Source: a candidate division WOR-3 bacterium (lineage in GTDB: Bacteria; Hydrothermota; Hydrothermia; B15-G9; WFZT01). From it: a DNA stretch of 34,130 bases. Shown piece by piece: positions 28,414-34,130 of this stretch. Below the pieces are notes generated by a model. The model saw only the letters and a list, made by a program, of their open reading frames with translations, was not told the DNA's origin and made no database searches. Positions within the stretch are counted from its first letter, which is position 1. Every line of letters starts with the position of its first letter. The translations under genes and the position numbers were made by a program. The stretch spans positions 1-34,130 of the forward strand of contig JALUEE010000084.1 in the NCBI GenBank assembly GCA_027053075.1, given 5' to 3'.

Positions 28414-31400
28414 GATAGAACCCCCTTGTTGAACTGATTCCAAAATTCAGGTCTGCACTTGCACAGAGCAACTCAAGCACGCATCCTCTGAGAGTAAGAG
28501 AACCTGATATGGCAAACGGACACGGTCCCAGAAACTCTGCCTCGGCCGAGCCGGAGGCTGAAACGACTCCCCAGAGAATTTTACCACCAAGGTATATTCC
28601 AAAATCACCGATTACGTAAGGAAGCAAAGAGCCACTACAGGCACTTGCACCGGCAGGGCCATTGACCATAGCCCCGAGGCCAAAGAAAAGCTCCATCTCT
28701 CCTGAGAAAATTCCAAGATCGAGCGAATACTGGCGATCAAGAAATGCGTAAAATCCAGTGAGGGTTGCAGGAAGATTTCTCATATCAATCCCAAATCTTC
28801 CCGTTTTGTTCTTTAAGACCCATGCTCTTTCCTGTGGAACATTTACACCCATAAAGAATCCCCCACTGATGCCCATTCCTGCTCCACTCATGCCCATTGA
28901 AAATCCGAACTTGATCTCTGCATCACCCTGAATAAACGAGTAAGTGCCCCCGGCCCTGAAGGTAAAATGTCCCTTTGCTGAAGCATTACTCGTAAATGCA
29001 AGTGGAATTCCGCCGCCCAGGTTAAACAGTCCCTCAATATCTCCTTCAAACCAGTGCTCCTGTCGGTTATTGGTGAACTTCGCATAAGCTTCTACCTCTA
29101 TGCCAGCAATGTGCTTGAAAATGAATTTGCCCTGGACAGTGAACTTTGATATGGTGGGAGTGATAGAAAGTGTCATTCGAGCGGCAAGTCCTGTCCTTGT
29201 GGTAAAAAATCCGTTTGCCGAAGGTGATACCATCCCTCCGATTACCAGTCTTTTGAGTGAGTCTCCTTCGATGTACGCGCATCCCCAGAGGTCCTTCACA
29301 TTGGCAAGGTCCATGTAAGCAGTTCCCACACCTTTATTGGAGGTCTCGGTCACACAGATAGCCGAGTAAGCACTATCTATCTTCACCGACGCTTTCGCAT
29401 CTGAGCCGTTAAGATACCAGACTCCCTCGATTTTCCCGGTGCCCTGAAATGCGTACTGATTGATGGTGTCATAATACACAGTATCGAAGTCGAATGTTGC
29501 TGTGTTATGTCCCCAATCTCTCTTGAGGCCGAAAGTTTTCGGGTCTTTGATATAGACAAATCTTCCGTAGTAGGGATTTGACGTGGAATCAAATTTGTGA
29601 TCAAAAATAGTGATTGCAGTGTCCGCTTCACCGAAGAATTTAAAATGCATCTGAGACCGTACTACGAGAGCTCCGTACCTTGGACCTCTGGCAGTGGAGT
29701 CGTATCTCGATAGGGCAGCCGAGTCCAGAGTGATCGGGAATCCATCGAACTTTTGAAAGGCTGAATTTTTGTTGAAATACAATTTCCCAACACGACCATC
29801 AGCGAGAAATTCGCCCCATTGGAGGTTAAAGGGACGGGAAAAGTGTCTGTTTTCTGAAATATCGGCATCGGTAAAAACCACCTCACCCTGATGAGCACTC
29901 ACATAGCCTGACCTTGATGTAATTTTCACACCCCAATAATCGAGCTCCTGTGGAGTGGAGAATCTCACCTCACCACCTACTATATAACCCAAGGATGTGA
30001 TTCCCATTTTTATGAAGGGAAATTCGATGCTGCTGGGACGCGGCACTTTTTTGATCTTTCCATCCATTCGAGCGTCAAAAACAGAATTCCCGGCAAATCT
30101 TATGAAAAATCTACTCGTATCCTTTGGTGAACCTTTGATTTCTACGTCAAAATACTTGGATGCAAGATATCCTGCTTCACCAATACGTCCCATCTTCTTT
30201 CGGATAACAGTCATGCTTTCCCGAAGCTCAAAGTTTGCAGTCACTCCTTGCTCGTCCAGGATTACCCAGGCTCTCAAATTTCCGCAGGGTATCTTTGCCC
30301 TTCTTCCCTTTAAGTCTGGTGAGATAATGCTGAGAGTGTCCCTGTGCCTGCCTCCGGGCTTGATAACCATTCCTACAAAGGTGTCGAGAGCCGTAGAGCT
30401 CGGATTGATGAGTGAATCACCGCTAATTAGAGAGAAGTATCGTCTTGGTGGTGCTGTAAATCGAAACTTTACTTCACCTTCGTGAATGAGGACGAATTGT
30501 CCCCAGAAAATGCGAGTCTTGCTTATGTGTCCTGTTGCAGTTAACGTCAGATTGGAATCTACCGTTATGTTGTGGGATGTCACATCAAGACTATCTGTGG
30601 CAGAGGCAACCATGATTCCATTCTCGCCTGCAGGAACACGGATGCGTCCTGCGAAGTTACCTGAATCAACTCTGCATCTGGTAATTTTTAGCGTGCCTGT
30701 TTGTGCCTTGATACTGAAGCCATAAGGAGCGACCGTCCTGAAATTCATCGGTTGACTGAGATGGAGATCAACACTCAGACCTGAGTCGCTCAAGGTTGCA
30801 TTTGAAAACGTATATCTTCCATAAAGAAATCCTGTATTTGAGACCAGCAACGCATTTCTCTTGATAGTATAACCACTGTCAAATTTTATTCCCGTCCAGG
30901 CAAAAAGAGCAGGTGGGATAAAAATATGCCCGCCAGGAGGTTTGATTCCATGTGGGGGCAGTGTGCCTCCACCTCCGTGTGGTGCTGCTCCACCACCTGA
31001 GAAAGTTTTTATGGTGATATCACCCACCGGCTTTATGAATATGTCGTAAGTACCCAGTCTAAAAGGTGCCACTGATGACCCTGAAACAATCTTGTAAAAA
31101 CCACCGAGGGTATCAATGGATGTGGTAAAGGGGCCGAGCTGCCAGAAATCGGGTGAGCCCGTGTCGTGCAGACAGGGATGAGTCACAAAAAGTGTAGCTT
31201 TTGACGAATCGGGCCAGAGCATCACCTGCGTAACATGAAGCTTCATTCCTGACCTTGAAAATACGATCGGATGACCTGGAGTGACAGTAATTTGCCCTGT
31301 GTCTATAAACGCTGTATCTCCAAGGGAGCTGTCCGAGTGAAGATGAGTGAATGTAAGATTGAACCATACCCTGGAGCCAGAAGATTCATCTTTGAAGAAG

Positions 31401-32308
31401 GATCTTCCGCTTCCTGAAAGCGAAGATAAAGAAGAACCGGTGGAATAAGATGACACTCTCACGAGGAAATTACCGATTTTGAGATAATTCGGGAGCAAGA
31501 CTATCATGTGAAACCTCGGTATCACGGTGAATTTTCTTATCTCGCTTTTTCCGTTGTTCTCACCTATAGGATTGCCTCTCACATCAATTGCCTGTACCTG
31601 CCAGATGTAGTTATGATTAACGTGCAACGCTGTGTATCTTCGAGAGTAAATGAAGTTCGTAGCTGGTGTGACTTCAGATAAAACCGGCCGCCTTGAAGTT
31701 GCCGTATTGAAGTCCTCACCTGGAAACAATTCCCAGATCTTTATTCTGTACCTTACAGAAACACCAGGTGGCACCGTTACTGGAGTCCATCTAAAAACGA
31801 GTCCAAATAACATGACACTATCCTGATCCTCTGGATGGACCAGTTGAGGTGGTGAGGGTGCAACAATCAAAAATCTCGCGCAGGTATGCGCAAGTGATGG
31901 ACCTCCAGAGGCAGGAATTACATCAACACAAACTCTGTATTCACCCTCGGGAATATTTCCTGTTCGCCGTATTCTCTCTGCCATAATAGAACTGTAACTT
32001 ACAGAGGACCAGTCAACCAACTCTGTATTTGTAATAAACATTGTTTGTCCGGGAGAAAATTCGAGGACGCGACTCCTGCCCTGAAGAATGACCCCATGCC
32101 TCGTCTGGGTCAGAGTGGCATTAAGGTAAACTCTGACTCTCTCTGTTCCTGTGTAGGTTATTCTGAGTGCAACAATGTTTGGTATGGTGCGCCACTGGTT
32201 TATCTGCTGTGGTGGCCTTGGTAAAACATTTAAGGTCACTCTCCAGAATGGCGAGGCATTAAGGGATGAAGAAAAGACAATTGCAAGCACTAAAAGAATT
32301 TTTTTCAT
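28406..32308 (-). CDS. 1300-aa exported beta-rich protein with TANFOR-like/FN3 N-terminus
   Basis: Signal peptide ending SLNA; GNIPEGEYRVCV..C..PPQLVHP..FRWTP..YIWQVQA..NGKSEIRKF, recalled as the TANFOR-protein pattern; long Gly/aromatic beta-strand body; GGAGG SD. Confidence 0.7.
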   Translation of the reverse strand: MKKILLVLAIVFSSSLNASPFWRVTLNVLPRPPQQINQWRTIPNIVALRITYTGTERVRVYLNATLTQTRHGVILQGRSRVLEFSPGQTMFITNTELVDWSSVSYSSIMAERIRRTGNIPEGEYRVCVDVIPASGGPSLAHTCARFLIVAPSPPQLVHPEDQDSVMLFGLVFRWTPVTVPPGVSVRYRIKIWELFPGEDFNTATSRRPVLSEVTPATNFIYSRRYTALHVNHNYIWQVQAIDVRGNPIGENNGKSEIRKFTVIPRFHMIVLLPNYLKIGNFLVRVSSYSTGSSLSSLSGSGRSFFKDESSGSRVWFNLTFTHLHSDSSLGDTAFIDTGQITVTPGHPIVFSRSGMKLHVTQVMLWPDSSKATLFVTHPCLHDTGSPDFWQLGPFTTSIDTLGGFYKIVSGSSVAPFRLGTYDIFIKPVGDITIKTFSGGGAAPHGGGGTLPPHGIKPPGGHIFIPPALFAWTGIKFDSGYTIKRNALLVSNTGFLYGRYTFSNATLSDSGLSVDLHLSQPMNFRTVAPYGFSIKAQTGTLKITRCRVDSGNFAGRIRVPAGENGIMVASATDSLDVTSHNITVDSNLTLTATGHISKTRIFWGQFVLIHEGEVKFRFTAPPRRYFSLISGDSLINPSSTALDTFVGMVIKPGGRHRDTLSIISPDLKGRRAKIPCGNLRAWVILDEQGVTANFELRESMTVIRKKMGRIGEAGYLASKYFDVEIKGSPKDTSRFFIRFAGNSVFDARMDGKIKKVPRPSSIEFPFIKMGITSLGYIVGGEVRFSTPQELDYWGVKITSRSGYVSAHQGEVVFTDADISENRHFSRPFNLQWGEFLADGRVGKLYFNKNSAFQKFDGFPITLDSAALSRYDSTARGPRYGALVVRSQMHFKFFGEADTAITIFDHKFDSTSNPYYGRFVYIKDPKTFGLKRDWGHNTATFDFDTVYYDTINQYAFQGTGKIEGVWYLNGSDAKASVKIDSAYSAICVTETSNKGVGTAYMDLANVKDLWGCAYIEGDSLKRLVIGGMVSPSANGFFTTRTGLAARMTLSITPTISKFTVQGKFIFKHIAGIEVEAYAKFTNNRQEHWFEGDIEGLFNLGGGIPLAFTSNASAKGHFTFRAGGTYSFIQGDAEIKFGFSMGMSGAGMGISGGFFMGVNVPQERAWVLKNKTGRFGIDMRNLPATLTGFYAFLDRQYSLDLGIFSGEMELFFGLGAMVNGPAGASACSGSLLPYVIGDFGIYLGGKILWGVVSASGSAEAEFLGPCPFAISGSLTLRGCVLELLCASADLNFGISSTRGFYLE

Positions 32309-32317
32309 TGTGACCTC

Positions 32318-33793
32318 CTACCTGTTTCTTGAGAAGCTGAATAAAGCCCCGTCCCAGGATATAGGGGCAAGAACCACATACTGCTTGCCAGATAACAGGG
32401 ATTTTCTGGTCTCGATGAGTTCACTTTCACCGGAGGTGTATTTAATGAAATTTACCGTTACATCCTGCGGAAATTCGCTCATCAGGGTAACGGCCTCACC
32501 TTTTTCATCAAAGGTAGCTGCAAATTTTTCATTCTGACCAAGTTGGATGGGGGAGATTTTGAATGAATTTATATCGTCTCTATCAAAGATGTGATGGAGT
32601 GTAAGTCTTGCATAAACTGAGGAATTTTCAGAATTAAGTTCGACCATCTGGTAAGGGGAACCTAATCCGTTGACGGTCAACGAAAATGTTCCTCCGCCAG
32701 ATTCAGCTTCTAATTCGATGGCATGGTCTCCATCTGAGGAAACAAGGTACAGGGAGTCTTTTGCAGGCTTTATTGTGAATGTAAAATTGTGATTGTTGCC
32801 TCCTTGTATGATAAGCATATCCCCACCAGCATTATCACCGTTTATCGGCAGCCATCTGACGATAGCCGTACCATTCTTTTCAACAAAAAGATCATTTGGC
32901 CCAAGCGTGAGACCAGTGGTGTTATCAGTAACTTCCACGATGCGCCCTTTGTTCATAAAGAAAGTGGTAACGAGAGAAGCAAGGTCTGAGAGTAACAGAG
33001 GATTAGATGTGGGAAGAAGTACTCTTCTTGCTGGCACAGTGTATATAAATCCTTCAAAACGCTTTACTGGTGTCGTAGGCCAATCATAATGCCAGGAATC
33101 AACAAACGCATTTATGCTCACATAATTGCTATCATTGTCATAATAGCTTTTTGTTGAGAAATAAGGAAACGATGGGTCATAGACGTAAAGTAGCCATTCA
33201 TGGGCATGCTTGATGAGTTTGTATGGATAGATCGCGTGCATGCCGCCAAACCCACCTGGAGATGATGATTCACTAATGCAAACAACAGGTATTTCCTGCG
33301 AGGATAAATAGTAATCAGCCTTTTCCGCTGCCATCTGTGGGTCTGTGAAATAATGGTGAGATATAGCTTCAACTATTATACGAAGAACTTCAGTGGAATA
33401 TTGTCTTGCATAGAGAACCATTATTGCACGCTTCATCTGTGGCCAGTAGGCACCGAGTGTGTCCATTCCAGGTGCTGTATTATTTGGGGTGTACATTGAT
33501 AGCGGCGAGCACATCCCCATATAACCGCCCTCATCATAGACCACACCAGCGAGTGCGCTCATACCAAAGCAGACACCTCCTGTTGAATGGGACCTTATGA
33601 TGTTGTACAAAGAATTATCGAGGGGATTTGACGGCTGGACACCTATAAAGGCCTCTTCGAAATAATCCCAGGTCATTTCGAGTCCATAGTTATCAACGGG
33701 TAGTCCATGACGAGCAGGGAAGTTATCCTGTGAGGGGAGAATGTTTATAAACAACAGCATCCCCATTAATACCAACAACCAAGGCGATCGCAT
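32318..33793 (-). CDS. Exported papain/transglutaminase-fold thiol peptidase-like protein
   Basis: Signal peptide; candidate triad GGVCFGMS / HAIYPY / YVYDPSFP; beta-rich C-terminal half; GAGGAGG SD. Confidence 0.65.
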   Translation of the reverse strand: MRSPWLLVLMGMLLFINILPSQDNFPARHGLPVDNYGLEMTWDYFEEAFIGVQPSNPLDNSLYNIIRSHSTGGVCFGMSALAGVVYDEGGYMGMCSPLSMYTPNNTAPGMDTLGAYWPQMKRAIMVLYARQYSTEVLRIIVEAISHHYFTDPQMAAEKADYYLSSQEIPVVCISESSSPGGFGGMHAIYPYKLIKHAHEWLLYVYDPSFPYFSTKSYYDNDSNYVSINAFVDSWHYDWPTTPVKRFEGFIYTVPARRVLLPTSNPLLLSDLASLVTTFFMNKGRIVEVTDNTTGLTLGPNDLFVEKNGTAIVRWLPINGDNAGGDMLIIQGGNNHNFTFTIKPAKDSLYLVSSDGDHAIELEAESGGGTFSLTVNGLGSPYQMVELNSENSSVYARLTLHHIFDRDDINSFKISPIQLGQNEKFAATFDEKGEAVTLMSEFPQDVTVNFIKYTSGESELIETRKSLLSGKQYVVLAPISWDGALFSFSRNR

Positions 33794-33934
33794 AACCTTA
33801 CCTCCTCGCCTGCGGATGCAGGCAGTTTTAATGAGGAGAGGAAGCTTTTCGGTGCTCTGAAAAGTCCCCGCCTTTTAAATTAAAACCCTGGTTGTCGGCC
33901 CAAAATTTCAAATAGTGACATTTTAACGCAATAA

Positions 33935-33963
33935 ATACTAAAGAAAAAGAAAAATTTTGTCAA
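33935..33963 (-). promoter_or_regulatory. Putative sigma70 promoter of the exported-protein operon
   Basis: TTGACA (33963-33958), 17 nt, TAGTAT (33940-33935). Confidence 0.6.
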
Positions 33964-34130
33964 ATAATCAAGATTTGATTAATGGGAAAGTATTGCAGTG
34001 TAGAAAAGATGAATATATGAGGGAAGGGAAGGATTTTTGAGGATGCAATTCAGAGTATTTGTGGAGTTTAACATGGATCGGGATGACTTGCTTTATTTAA
34101 AAATGAATTCTTAAAGGGTGGCCCGCGCAC

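Overview
Bacterial chromosomal window from a probable diderm (LPS-kinase-like gene, beta-barrel protein). An FCB-group lineage such as WOR-3 is an inference from gene content, not a demonstrated assignment. Left to right it contains: an LPS/Kdo-type kinase; a minus-strand housekeeping operon (gatB-holA-TPR-coaE-FN3/DUF6754-SAM methyltransferase); Nif3 plus two membrane proteins; a 750-bp spacer with REP-like palindromes; fhs-gyaR; a polar amino-acid ABC transporter plus yjjX; an AT-rich three-gene islet; a type IV pilin locus (pseudo-NtrC regulator, pilA, ABC ATPase, permease, PilG-like protein, NUDIX, CPBP pseudogene); and a 9.2-kb operon of four exported proteins (papain-like peptidase, 1300-aa TANFOR-like protein, multi-FN3 protein, beta-barrel). 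The best candidate for an undescribed system is the islet at 16057-18624: an RsbW/SpoIIAB-type kinase, a STAS(DUF4325)-ABC ATPase fusion and a TOPRIM-like protein, plausibly a phosphorylation-gated anti-phage module. All family assignments come from motif recognition by eye; no searches were run. No rRNA, tRNA, CRISPR array or transposase was seen.
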